Source: Candidatus Aenigmatarchaeota archaeon
Lineage (GTDB): Archaea > Aenigmatarchaeota > Aenigmatarchaeia > QMZS01
Length of the DNA: 64,000 bases
Assembly: GCA_016932615.1 (NCBI GenBank)
Contig: JAFGCN010000027.1
Span: forward strand, 15,277 to 79,276
Direction of reading: 5' to 3'
Part shown: positions 28,991 through 38,623 of the stretch, piece after piece
Position numbering within the stretch: position 1 is the first letter of the stretch
Layout of the letters: every line of letters begins with the position of its first letter
Notes under the pieces: model-generated
What the model saw: only the letters and a program-made list of their open reading frames with translations
What the model was told of the DNA's origin: nothing
Databases searched by the model: none
Translations under genes and position numbers: made by a program

Positions 28991-30184
28991 ATGGCTATTG
29001 CTATAATAGGCACAGGCATTACGCAGTTTGGCGAGCTTTGGGATTCCTCCTGGGAGGAGCTGGTGAGAGAAGCATGCATGGAGGCGATAAAAAATGCCAA
29101 TGTTGAAGTTAACGAAATTGATTGCGGATATTTTGGAAACATGAACCTTTCAAGGTTCGATGGGCAGGACCACTTAGTTGCGAGGATAAATGAATTTTTG
29201 GGGCTAAGCCATGTATTCAGGACAGAGGCCGCCTGCGCATCCGGAAGCGTTGCACTGAAGCTTGCGGCAACACAAGTCGAGCTTGCAGCACTCCGGGGAG
29301 AAAATGACGTTGCCCTTGTCTGCGGATTTGAAAAAATGACCGACCAGATGACGGGCAGGACAACAAACATCCTTGCAAGCGCTTCCCACTTTGACACTGA
29401 GGTCATGAATGGCGCTACCTTTCCGGGGCTTTACGCGCTTCTTGCCCAGAGGTACCTGCACGAGACAGGCGCAACAGAGCAGGACCTTCATGCAATTGCA
29501 ATAAAAAACCACAAGAATGCAACGCAAAACAAGAAGGCGATGTACAGAAAGGAAATTACGATGAGCCACTTCAAGAGCCATGTTGCAACCCCGCTTTCGC
29601 TTTTCGACTGCTCTCCGATTTCAGACGGCGCAGCGGCGATGCTGGTGACTACAGAAAAGTGCGCCAAGTACCTTGGAGTTGAGTACGTGAAGCTCGAGGA
29701 TATTGAGGTCTGCAACTCCTCGATTTCACTGGCAAAAAGGTTTGACCCTCTTGTGCTTGATGCCGGGGTTTGCGCGTCAAAGCGTGTTTACAAGCGAATG
29801 GGCATTTCACCTAGGGACATTGACCTGATAGAAGTTCATGACTGCTTTACTATTAACGAGATTTTGTGCCTTGAGGCGGCGGGATTTGCAAAGCGCGGTG
29901 AAGGGTACAATCTCATAAGGAGCATCCTTCCATATGACAGCATAAACCAGCTTACCCCGCCGGTTCCTTATACAGTGGATGGAAGGCAGCTTTATGTCAA
30001 CACTTCAGGCGGGCTGAAGGCAAAGGGACACCCTGTCGGGGCGACGGGAGTTGCACAGATTATCGAAGTCTGCGACCAGATTCTTGGAAAGGCGGGCGGC
30101 AGGAACGTAAACCCCAATATTGGGGCAGCCCTCAATATCGGAGGGACCGGAGGAACAGCGGTTTTTTCTGTTCTGAGGAGGTGA
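28991..30184 (+). CDS. Archaeal-type acetyl-CoA acetyltransferase (thiolase).
   Basis: Thiolase fold with the active Cys (EAACASGSVAL) and the CH..N..GGT C-terminal region (NTSGGLKAKGHPVGATG). It is co-located with HMG-CoA synthase. Confidence 0.8.
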   Translation: MAIAIIGTGITQFGELWDSSWEELVREACMEAIKNANVEVNEIDCGYFGNMNLSRFDGQDHLVARINEFLGLSHVFRTEAACASGSVALKLAATQVELAALRGENDVALVCGFEKMTDQMTGRTTNILASASHFDTEVMNGATFPGLYALLAQRYLHETGATEQDLHAIAIKNHKNATQNKKAMYRKEITMSHFKSHVATPLSLFDCSPISDGAAAMLVTTEKCAKYLGVEYVKLEDIEVCNSSISLAKRFDPLVLDAGVCASKRVYKRMGISPRDIDLIEVHDCFTINEILCLEAAGFAKRGEGYNLIRSILPYDSINQLTPPVPYTVDGRQLYVNTSGGLKAKGHPVGATGVAQIIEVCDQILGKAGGRNVNPNIGAALNIGGTGGTAVFSVLRR

Positions 30185-30186
30185 TT

Positions 30187-31551
30187 ATGCCAAGGCCAGC
30201 AAAAGCTCAGCGGATAAACCATTTTGAAAACGTGGGTCTTGAGGGAGAGGTCTACTCGAAGACAAAGCTTCATGTGGCGTCCGACCTGTTCCAGTTCGAA
30301 AAAAAGCTCCCCTATGTAACTGCGCTTATAAAGACCGAGACCAAGACGATATTCGGTCTTGTCGATGAGCACAACGTCGAGATTGGTGACTGGGTTGTTT
30401 CAAGAGCCGGGCTTATTGGGGTTAATGACAGGGGTCTTAGGATTTACGGTTCTGTCTGGGAAAAGAAGCACTACTTCGAGGAGCCGCTTATGAAGCCGCC
30501 AACAACCAAAAGAGAAGCTCCCAAGTACAACTTTGTAGGCATCGAGGGATATGGAGTATATGTCCCGCGCCACCGGCTTGACCTGTCACAGCTTGGAAAA
30601 GTCTGGGGAAAGGATGCAGCCGGCTTCAAGAGTTTTCCCGGAAGCTTCGATGACCAGGCGAGCTACGCGTGCAATGCAACTCTTTCGGCAATGAGGCACG
30701 CCGGGGTAGACAAGCAGCAGGTTCGCTTTATTGAGGTCGGAAGCGAAAGCAAGGTCTATGCTGTAAAGCCGACGGCAAGCATAATCGCGGGAATGCTTAG
30801 GACAAGCAACTGCTTTGCAGCGGATAACGAGTTTGCGTGCAAAGCGGGCCTGCAGAGCTTTGTGAATGCGCATAATTTTGTCATGGCTCATGGGGGCTTT
30901 GGAATTGCAGTCGGGGCGGACTCCGCGCAGGGGGAGCCGAATGACGTGCTTGAAATGACTGCCGGGGATGGGGCTGCTGCATTCGTACTTGGAGCGGAAA
31001 GCCCTATTGCGCTTGTCGAGGGCATGACAAGCTACACGACAGACACGGCAGACTTCTGGAGAAACGAGGGGGATAGATTCCCGCAGCATGCAGGAAGGTT
31101 TTCGGGCGAGCCGGCTTATTATAAGCACGTCCTTGCTTCGGCAAAGCACTTATTCAACAAGCTAAAGCTTGAGGCGCAGGACTTTGATTTTGTAGTCTTC
31201 CACCAGCCAAACGCGAAGTTCCCGAGAATCGCAGCCACAATACTTGGCTTCAATAAGGAGCAGTTCGAGCCGGGAATTGTTTTTGACTGGATAGGAAACA
31301 CCTATTCTGCAAACTGCATGCTAGGGCTTGCAAAGGTCCTGGATATTGCAGGGCCTTACCAGAGAATACTTGTGGTTTCCTACGGGTCAGGCGCAGGAAG
31401 CGATGCCATGTCTCTTGTAACAACTCCTGAGATAGAAAAAAAGCGCGGCAGAAGGGCAAGGTCAGTAAAGAGCTGGATAGGCCAGACAGATATAGGAAAC
31501 CTCATTGTTGAGGGGTATGGAAGGTACCTTCGGAACAAAGGGCTTATCTAG
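30187..31551 (+). CDS. Fusion of a DUF35/OB-fold scaffold domain (N-terminal, about 110 aa) with hydroxymethylglutaryl-CoA synthase.
   Basis: The N-terminus (HFENVGLEGEVYSKTKL...IGDWVVSRAGLIGVNDRGLRIYGSV) looks like DUF35. It is followed by an HMGCS core (VGIEGYGVYVPRHRL, FIEVGSESKVY, Cys in NCFAADNEFACKAG, VFHQPN). The track ORF starts at a GTG at 30181. A GGAGGTGA sequence overlapping the thiolase stop lies 5 nt before the ATG. Confidence 0.7.
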   Translation: MPRPAKAQRINHFENVGLEGEVYSKTKLHVASDLFQFEKKLPYVTALIKTETKTIFGLVDEHNVEIGDWVVSRAGLIGVNDRGLRIYGSVWEKKHYFEEPLMKPPTTKREAPKYNFVGIEGYGVYVPRHRLDLSQLGKVWGKDAAGFKSFPGSFDDQASYACNATLSAMRHAGVDKQQVRFIEVGSESKVYAVKPTASIIAGMLRTSNCFAADNEFACKAGLQSFVNAHNFVMAHGGFGIAVGADSAQGEPNDVLEMTAGDGAAAFVLGAESPIALVEGMTSYTTDTADFWRNEGDRFPQHAGRFSGEPAYYKHVLASAKHLFNKLKLEAQDFDFVVFHQPNAKFPRIAATILGFNKEQFEPGIVFDWIGNTYSANCMLGLAKVLDIAGPYQRILVVSYGSGAGSDAMSLVTTPEIEKKRGRRARSVKSWIGQTDIGNLIVEGYGRYLRNKGLI

Positions 31552-31555
31552 AACG

Positions 31556-31939
31556 ATGTTTCAGGATTTTGTTGAAGAGCTAAAGCAGCTTAATCTTCCA
31601 ATGGGTGAATATGCGATATTTGGGAGCGGGCCGCTTGCTGTCAGGGGAGTCAGGGAGTCTCAGGACATAGACCTTGTCGTAAAGGATGGGCTCTGGCAGG
31701 AACTGTCCCAAAAATATGCTCCGGAAGGCAGGAGAATTTACGTGGGAAATGTTGAGATATATGCCGACTGGAGCCCCTGGACGGACACGGGCTTTCTGGT
31801 GGATTCTGCGGAGATTATAGAGGGCATGCCTTATGTCCGGCTTGAGTATGTGCAGGAGTGGAAAGCATACCTGAGTCGGGATAAGGATAAGGCAGACCTA
31901 AAACTGATTGAAAAGTACCTTTCAGAGGGAGGAAGGTAA
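31556..31939 (+). CDS. Minimal nucleotidyltransferase-fold protein (putative).
   Basis: YAIFGSGPLAVRG...QDIDLVV resembles the GS...DxD motif of the pol-beta NTase superfamily. The start was chosen at the internal Met to avoid overlap with the HMGCS gene. Confidence 0.4.
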   Translation: MFQDFVEELKQLNLPMGEYAIFGSGPLAVRGVRESQDIDLVVKDGLWQELSQKYAPEGRRIYVGNVEIYADWSPWTDTGFLVDSAEIIEGMPYVRLEYVQEWKAYLSRDKDKADLKLIEKYLSEGGR

Positions 31940-31959
31940 GTATTTTTTTGGTATGGCGT

Positions 31960-34900
31960 TTAGCTTGTAACTTCCATGACGAGCACTGAACCGGAATAAA
32001 TCAGGTACTCCGAATCGCTGCTTATGTCAGCAGTAATTTTTGCCTTGTATATGAAGGGCACAGTAGTCTCATAGCCGCTACCCGATAAAGGGAGCTCTAT
32101 CGATTCAAGCGCGATGCCTTCATAATCCAAGGCCCCTACGGGGCTTTCCGTCATTCTTATTTCAAGACTGCCGCCGAAGTTTCCGGTCTGGAAGTAATGG
32201 TAGACCTTTATTTTCACTCTTTCGCCAGGGTTTATATCGGACTTTGTGACGCTAAGCGTTATGTCTTTTTCAGGATTTTTCTTTGAAAGGACCGCCGTTT
32301 CGTAGCTTGATTTTATCCTGATTCCAGACCCCTCCCAGGCACCTTCCCTGCACACATAGAGCGAGCCCTTTCTCATTGCAGTGTATCCGTTTCCGACACA
32401 GGAATTTTCAAGGGCGCATTGTCCATTGAAGCAGCATATGCTTTTTGATTCATCTATGAGGGTGGGCGAGCAAGTGTAATCTGACGTTCCGGGAAGGTTG
32501 CAGTCGCAGTCATGAAGGCACTCCGCGTTTCCGACTCCGCCTTTACCCCAGACGCCGTTCTTGCACATCCACATGCACCCGTTAAGGTCGTTTTGCCCTT
32601 CCGGGTAGCACTCTATATTTGTAGGGCCTGTGGCGTGAGCGCACTGCCCCTTAGGGCAGCAGTAAAAGCAGGTGTCGTTTTTTATGGAAGTGTCCGTTTC
32701 GTAGAAACCGGGTTTGCCGGAAGTATATCCGCTTAGCCGATAGGTCACCATCTTGTAGGTCTGGCAGGTTTTTTCTCCGGGGCTTGAAAGAGTCGAGGGG
32801 CTGTCCTCCACACAAAACGAGTTTGGATAGCAGTCGGGGCTTTCAGAGTAGCAGAATGTCTTGTCGGGGGTATAGCAGTCGACGGTAATATTATATACAT
32901 TTTCGGTTGGCTTTCCTGCAAAGCTGATTTCATATGAGCCTGTTGCCTCCTTCAGCTCAAGCTTTTGCTTTCCGTTTGACTCAGGAACGGCAGGAACTTC
33001 TTCTTTGTTTTCGCTGAGCTCATAGATGTAGTCGCTGAAGGGGCTGTTGCCGTTATCCTCATACTGCTCGTATCCCTGCATTGAATGGCTAATCTTTGAA
33101 GCTTTTATCTGTATTTCATCATCAGCGCTTGGCTGTGGAATGACGTAGGCAATGGCGTCCCTTGGCCTGTCGAAGATTATGCTGTAGCTTAAGGGAGCAT
33201 TGCTGAAGCTGCTCTTCGGTGTGTTTACTCCATTGCAAAGGTTATAGTATTTATAATAATGGTCTGCCCGGTGATTGTCACACGGGTGGCTTATTTCGGT
33301 GTAGAGGGGTATTTTTTCAGTTTCTGATTCAAGTTTATAATTGAATATGGTTTCGCCACAGCTCTGGGAGTTAGTCCACTTGCCGTTATCACACTTTAGC
33401 TTTAGCCCCCCATATAGGATTTCAGTTCCATGCCTGTAGCATCCGACAGATGAATCTTCGTTAAGCGATTCGTAGCCATCCGTTCCTAAAACCTGCTTGC
33501 AATCTTTCCAGGTCGAATCTGAGCTGTCCCAGCATAGGGTAGGGCTGTCTGGGATTTCCACATGGGCGCAGTATGAAACCGTGCTGGTGAAGTCGCTCCA
33601 GGACTCCATTCCGGGGGATATAACTACGCCATCGTCTTGGACATTGCTGATTTGCTCTGTCGGGCAGCAAAAGCTCTGCCCGCCGGCAAAGTCTGCTGCG
33701 CAGTTTCCGGATGCACAGGGGTGAGAGTCATCGATTACCGTGTCTTCGCATTCGTAGAAATCCTTTATGGCAAGATAATTGCAGTAGCAGGCTTGTTTTG
33801 AGTTGAGGTAGGCATCCCTTTCTCCAATGCAGCTGCTGTGGTCTGAGCTTCCCGTTACACTCTCACAGCGGTAAGTTTTGCCTACGCTTGTCGGGCTGTC
33901 CCGGGGGTCAGCAATCATCGTGTACTTCTCGTTGTATATGAAATCTTCCTCGTCGGAGGCCTGCTCTTCTACCGGAACGCAGCAGTATTCGCCGTCAGGG
34001 CAAAGGGAGCCCTTCACTACTCCCCCATTTTTAACCACGGAAATTTTCCAGGAATATCTATTTGGATAATCACCGTAGTCAAGAAGGGGCTGGTTGCAGT
34101 ACTGCCAGTTGTTTACGGATAAGCTTGTTCTCTTGTACCAGGGTATGCTGGAGTCCACTTCCATACAGGTGCCACCTATGTCAGAGCAGGTTTTGGACTC
34201 ATCGATTGTACACTTGACTCCTGCCGGGCACATATTTGTGCCAACCCCTCTGGAAATAAAAAGCTGCTTTCCGCTTCCCCCGCACTCTCCGCCAAGCTTT
34301 ACTTCACAGAAGGCCTCATCGGGGTTGCTGTCCTGCATGTCTTTATAGTTCTGGCTTTGGTCGCTGCATCCTGCAAACCCGTCATAAACAGGGGCGTTAT
34401 CCATGCACCAGCCCTTGCAAAGTTCGTCCTCACACAGGCAGCCTGTTGAGCCGTCTTCTCCGCCGGGGCAGCCGGTGAAGTAGCGGGTGAGAAAGGAGCC
34501 GTCATGGTAGTAGTGACCCTCTGGATCGCCGCTGGGGAAGTGGTCCAGGCTAGAACTGTAGCCGCATCTATCCGTGCAGGTTACTTTTTTATTTGCATTG
34601 TCGTCTATGCACGTTTGCCATGGCTGGCAGTCTTTTACTGAGGAACTTCCCTCAGTCATTGCTGCTATTTTGCATAAATTGTCGCACCCGTCCTCACAGT
34701 AATAGAAATAGAGTTTGGTTTTATAGTCCGTGAACTTACTCATTGTCTCAAGGTAGTTTTTTGGGTCATAGGAGATCAGCTGGCTTTCCGTCCCACTAGA
34801 GTACCAGACCTCTTTGGCTTCAGAATAGGTTGGGTTTCCATCAGTACATTGGTCATCGAAGGGTGTGCAGTCAAACGTCCTGCTAAGACTGTCGCAATAG

Positions 34901-35055
34901 TTACAATCTCCTTCACAGTGAAACCCTTCAGAGTCGTCTTCACAGTGCGCTGTCGGGGCTATTAAGGTCAGGGTTATGAACAGTACAATCAAAGGTAAAA
35001 CTATCTCACTTCTCATACTCCTTAAGCTTCCCCTCAAGTTTTTCGACACCCTCAT
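31960..35055 (-). CDS. Giant secreted cysteine-rich protein, 1031 aa with about 130 Cys.
   Basis: N-terminal signal peptide (EIVLPLIVLFITLTLIAPTAHC), then Cys-dense sequence throughout with Gly/Asp/Tyr/Trp-rich segments. No obvious C-terminal anchor. Confidence 0.7.
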   Translation of the reverse strand: MRVSKNLRGSLRSMRSEIVLPLIVLFITLTLIAPTAHCEDDSEGFHCEGDCNYCDSLSRTFDCTPFDDQCTDGNPTYSEAKEVWYSSGTESQLISYDPKNYLETMSKFTDYKTKLYFYYCEDGCDNLCKIAAMTEGSSSVKDCQPWQTCIDDNANKKVTCTDRCGYSSSLDHFPSGDPEGHYYHDGSFLTRYFTGCPGGEDGSTGCLCEDELCKGWCMDNAPVYDGFAGCSDQSQNYKDMQDSNPDEAFCEVKLGGECGGSGKQLFISRGVGTNMCPAGVKCTIDESKTCSDIGGTCMEVDSSIPWYKRTSLSVNNWQYCNQPLLDYGDYPNRYSWKISVVKNGGVVKGSLCPDGEYCCVPVEEQASDEEDFIYNEKYTMIADPRDSPTSVGKTYRCESVTGSSDHSSCIGERDAYLNSKQACYCNYLAIKDFYECEDTVIDDSHPCASGNCAADFAGGQSFCCPTEQISNVQDDGVVISPGMESWSDFTSTVSYCAHVEIPDSPTLCWDSSDSTWKDCKQVLGTDGYESLNEDSSVGCYRHGTEILYGGLKLKCDNGKWTNSQSCGETIFNYKLESETEKIPLYTEISHPCDNHRADHYYKYYNLCNGVNTPKSSFSNAPLSYSIIFDRPRDAIAYVIPQPSADDEIQIKASKISHSMQGYEQYEDNGNSPFSDYIYELSENKEEVPAVPESNGKQKLELKEATGSYEISFAGKPTENVYNITVDCYTPDKTFCYSESPDCYPNSFCVEDSPSTLSSPGEKTCQTYKMVTYRLSGYTSGKPGFYETDTSIKNDTCFYCCPKGQCAHATGPTNIECYPEGQNDLNGCMWMCKNGVWGKGGVGNAECLHDCDCNLPGTSDYTCSPTLIDESKSICCFNGQCALENSCVGNGYTAMRKGSLYVCREGAWEGSGIRIKSSYETAVLSKKNPEKDITLSVTKSDINPGERVKIKVYHYFQTGNFGGSLEIRMTESPVGALDYEGIALESIELPLSGSGYETTVPFIYKAKITADISSDSEYLIYSGSVLVMEVTS

Positions 35056-35350
35056 TTTCCTTGACTTTAGCTTCTTCAGTCTTTATCTCCTCGACAATTT
35101 TCTCAAGCTCTATTTCGACCTTTGCTGCCATGTCTTTTTTTGCCCAGCGGTTCATCCCTTCCTCTTCTTCAAGGGTCCTGATTTTCTGCTCGGCCACGTC
35201 GAGTTTCTGTAGAAGGTCTTTCTTTGAGGCATACCCTTTCTTGTCGACTTTTTCCCGGAGGCGGTCCCATTTTTTCCGAAGTCTACTTATTCTCCTCCTG
35301 AAGGCGCCTTCAGAGTTGAACATGCAGAGTACCGATGAGAGGAAACCCAT
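35006..35350 (-). CDS. Hypothetical coiled-coil protein.
   Basis: Lys/Glu-rich heptad-like sequence (KLDVAEQKIRTLEEEEG...KVKENEGVEKLEGKLKEYEK). It overlaps the start of the giant gene by up to 50 nt. Confidence 0.35.
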   Translation of the reverse strand: MGFLSSVLCMFNSEGAFRRRISRLRKKWDRLREKVDKKGYASKKDLLQKLDVAEQKIRTLEEEEGMNRWAKKDMAAKVEIELEKIVEEIKTEEAKVKENEGVEKLEGKLKEYEK

Positions 35351-35410
35351 AAATATAGCAATATAGAATCTATTTGGCTTTTCTCTTATAGATTAGTTAG
35401 CTATACTTTT

Positions 35411-37663
35411 ATGGCTCATTTGAAGGGCATGGACACCTGGATTTGGCTTGTCGGAGGAATTATCGTTACAATCCTTTCCATGTTTCTGTTCTTAAACCTT
35501 TTTGCGAGCATCAATCTTCAAAGCCACACACAGGCCTCAGTTGAGACCTCTGGAAACCTTGCTTCTGACATAAACCGGCTTTGCTCGATGAAGGAGGGCG
35601 AGGCGATGAACCGGGAAATGAAGTTCTCGACCATTGTAACAGAGTTTTATGCTTCACATAATGGCTCTATTGAAATTGATTCCGGGAGGACATACGGGCA
35701 GCTTTTGTGCGTAAATATATCCGGGAAAAGCTCCTGCAGCGAGCTTGACTGCCCCCTTGAGATTTCGACGATAATAACAGAGAAGAAAATCCTCTCCCTC
35801 ATCGACAAAATGCGAGGCGACATAAGCTACAGGGACTATTCCGTGGAAGCAGTAAGGACTTCCTGTGGGGTGTCAGTACTTTTGAAAGGTGAGCGGTCTG
35901 GCTGCATCTGCGGGCTCGGGGAGTTTGATACCCCGGTTTACTGCGACTATAACGGTCACCAGCCCATAGTTATTTCCAAGGATCACTCGGTTGTCCTTGC
36001 CGATACCGAGCCATGGCTTTCTCCAGATGAAGACTCACTTCAGCTCTTCTCTAACATTGCCGGATACCTTGGCGGAAATTCAATTCTCATCCTTTATGAT
36101 GATGATTCAGTTGACCCTGCCCTGACCCAGGCGTCTCAGGTAATAGATCAGGTAATCTCTGAAGGGTATAGCGTAGACTCTGTGCTCCATGAAGCCGCTG
36201 TTGACTTTTCAGCGTATGACCAGGTCTGGCTAGTCACACCTGGATTTTGCGAGCTTTCTTCGAGGAACTGCAGCCAGCATTACCGGTGGAGCGTTAATGA
36301 GGAAAAGCGGCTTATCGAATATGCGGATTCCGGAGGCAAAATTTTGCTTGTCACCGATTCTGGTCTTGTAAATGGGGTTTATGGCCAGATGGGGCTTGAC
36401 TTAATAAACTCCCTCCTGATTGAGCTGGGCTATCCTCTTGAGCAGTTGCCGAGTTGTGTCTGCGGCTGTGAAGGAAGGCCGACTAACCAGACCGTTCTTG
36501 AAGCGGGCGGCATTGGCGATGGGCTTAGCGTTCTTAACGTGCTTGGCGCGGCTGTCTTCAGGGAGACTTGCATATATGACCCGAAGGAAAGCGGAGGCGA
36601 TTCCGGCGTTGGTGGGTGCGGCTCTGACAGGCTATGTTACCCGAACTGCCCTTCGGGAGACCCCGACTGTTCCTGCATAGAGCAAAATGGCTTTGTCTGC
36701 GACGAGGAAAAGGACTGCCCTGGAACAAAGCTAAAGCATGCCGGCGGGCGTACCTGCTGCTCTGAGCAATGTTCCGCTTCAGGCCCGCAGGTCTGCCAGA
36801 ATACAAGCGATGTTCCGGAAGGGGGCCTGTGCGTTTGCACAGGGCAGTGCCAGCCCGGCCTGTCTTGCGGGGATAAGAAGCGCTGCTGCCCTGCTGGAGC
36901 CGAATGGAACGGTTCTAAATGCTCAAAATCCGAAATCTGCTCGAGTTCTATTTCAAAGTGCTATGGCCAGGGCCATTGGGAGCATTATGGCTCACGGAAT
37001 TTTTTCAGTAATGTGGGCCGCGCCTGCGAATGCAAAATATATTCTGGCATGACAACGCCAGCGCCGCAGTCTCAGCGGTGCTATGGCTGCGATTATGTTG
37101 AAGTCTGCCAGTCCAGCGTGGTCAAGCCCATTGCAGAGGAAATCATAAATTGCTGCAATTCAAAATGCACTGATAGCGGAGGGCATGGAAGCTGCATGAA
37201 GTATTGTTCCAATGCAGTCCAGAATTCAGGGCTTTCCTCGACAGAAACTGACGACACACTGAAGAAATGCTATGGCCTTTACGCAATATATGGGATGGGC
37301 CCTGGCGCCAAATGGACAAGGGGATACATGCTCCATATAGAGGCGCCTGCTTCGGTCATGTTTAGCGGCGGAACATGGATGTGCAGCGGGTATTCCCTGA
37401 TGCTCACCACGCTTTTGAGAAGCGTGGGCTACACGACTTCAGAGGCATATTCAATTTCTTCAGATGACCATGCATACAACCTGGTGAAATTTCCTGGCGA
37501 CACGAAATATACTCTTGCAGACACGGTTAATAATCGCCCCAGTCCTGTTAGGCTGGGGTCTGTTCCGGGCGGATACCTTCACTGCAGCTATATCTCCAAC
37601 ACCTGCGGCAATGATGCCGGGATGTTCACATGCCCTTCAAGGGGCAATGTTTATGGGTGCTGA
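35411..37663 (+). CDS. Membrane-anchored cysteine-rich protein with a C-terminal transglutaminase-like (Cys-His-Asp) core.
   Basis: N-terminal TM (WIWLVGGIIVTILSMFLFLNLF), a middle region with 60+ Cys, and a C-terminal GGTWMCSGYSLMLTTLLRSVGYT...SDDHAYNLVKF that matches the transglutaminase-like cysteine peptidase signature. Confidence 0.6.
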   Translation: MAHLKGMDTWIWLVGGIIVTILSMFLFLNLFASINLQSHTQASVETSGNLASDINRLCSMKEGEAMNREMKFSTIVTEFYASHNGSIEIDSGRTYGQLLCVNISGKSSCSELDCPLEISTIITEKKILSLIDKMRGDISYRDYSVEAVRTSCGVSVLLKGERSGCICGLGEFDTPVYCDYNGHQPIVISKDHSVVLADTEPWLSPDEDSLQLFSNIAGYLGGNSILILYDDDSVDPALTQASQVIDQVISEGYSVDSVLHEAAVDFSAYDQVWLVTPGFCELSSRNCSQHYRWSVNEEKRLIEYADSGGKILLVTDSGLVNGVYGQMGLDLINSLLIELGYPLEQLPSCVCGCEGRPTNQTVLEAGGIGDGLSVLNVLGAAVFRETCIYDPKESGGDSGVGGCGSDRLCYPNCPSGDPDCSCIEQNGFVCDEEKDCPGTKLKHAGGRTCCSEQCSASGPQVCQNTSDVPEGGLCVCTGQCQPGLSCGDKKRCCPAGAEWNGSKCSKSEICSSSISKCYGQGHWEHYGSRNFFSNVGRACECKIYSGMTTPAPQSQRCYGCDYVEVCQSSVVKPIAEEIINCCNSKCTDSGGHGSCMKYCSNAVQNSGLSSTETDDTLKKCYGLYAIYGMGPGAKWTRGYMLHIEAPASVMFSGGTWMCSGYSLMLTTLLRSVGYTTSEAYSISSDDHAYNLVKFPGDTKYTLADTVNNRPSPVRLGSVPGGYLHCSYISNTCGNDAGMFTCPSRGNVYGC

Positions 37664-37691
37664 GGATATTAGTTAAAGATAAGCTAATATT

Positions 37692-38558
37692 ATGCATTGC
37701 AAAGATGCTTTCAAGGTAAGGGTCTTTTGCGCCCTGGTTTTTTGCCTTATCCTGGCCCCCATTTCTTTTGCTGAAAGTGTTCATGTCTACCGAGACTTTC
37801 CTGGCGAAGCCCGGATTGGCTCTGTGATTCAGATAAACCTGACCGTGGAAAATTTAGGGGCTTCTGTTATAGAAGCAACCATTCAGGAAAACGTGGGTGA
37901 CTATACTGTTATTGAGCCCACGCCAGTGTCTTATGTAGGCACTCCTGGAATTATTGGGTTTAGGCTGCCTTATTTTGAATGGAATGTTACGGTTGGCCCT
38001 ATGCAGAATGAAACAGTCTATTACCGTGTAAACCTTACCTCTCCCGGGGAGGTGCTGCTTTCTCCTGCAACTGTCATTGTCGGGGACGAATATATTTATT
38101 CGGATTCGGGAAGTATCAGCGTTATTTGCAATCAGAATGGGGACTGCGAGTCCCTTTTGAATGAGAACTGTTTCAACTGTCCTGAAGACTGCCCTACAGG
38201 CGCCAGTGACGGAATATGTGACCTTGTAGCGGACGGCAGATGCGACCCTGATTGCGAAGAGGGATCCGACGAGGATTGCCCGTATTGTGGGGATGGTATT
38301 TGCAGCCCGAAAGAAGATGAGTCAACTTGCCCTGGGGACTGCCGGGTAGATAGGCCACAGGATCCGGAGGAATCAGGAGATACAGAGTCGCCTGGTTCGG
38401 AAGGAATGGATTATGGCCTTATCCTGGGCATTGTTTTTGCCTTAGCCATTCTCATTTTAATTGCAGTTTACCTTAAGAGGCGAGCCTCCAAAACTTCTGA
38501 GATTCCTCCTGAAGCGCCTGCACAAAGCCAACCTATTTACCCGGAATATCCTCAATAG
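37692..38558 (+). CDS. Type I membrane protein with a Cys-rich module, a C-terminal TM and a short cytoplasmic tail.
   Basis: Signal peptide, a soluble domain, a Cys cluster (CNQNGDCESLLNENCFNCPEDCPTG...CPYCGDGICSPKEDESTCPGDC), then a TM (LILGIVFALAILILIAVYL) and a proline-rich tail. Confidence 0.55.
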   Translation: MHCKDAFKVRVFCALVFCLILAPISFAESVHVYRDFPGEARIGSVIQINLTVENLGASVIEATIQENVGDYTVIEPTPVSYVGTPGIIGFRLPYFEWNVTVGPMQNETVYYRVNLTSPGEVLLSPATVIVGDEYIYSDSGSISVICNQNGDCESLLNENCFNCPEDCPTGASDGICDLVADGRCDPDCEEGSDEDCPYCGDGICSPKEDESTCPGDCRVDRPQDPEESGDTESPGSEGMDYGLILGIVFALAILILIAVYLKRRASKTSEIPPEAPAQSQPIYPEYPQ

Positions 38559-38623
38559 GCCTCTGGTCTTCGCTTTGAAGACTCAAGCCGCTTTTTCAAA
38601 CCTCCCTCTTGTTAACTTGCAGA

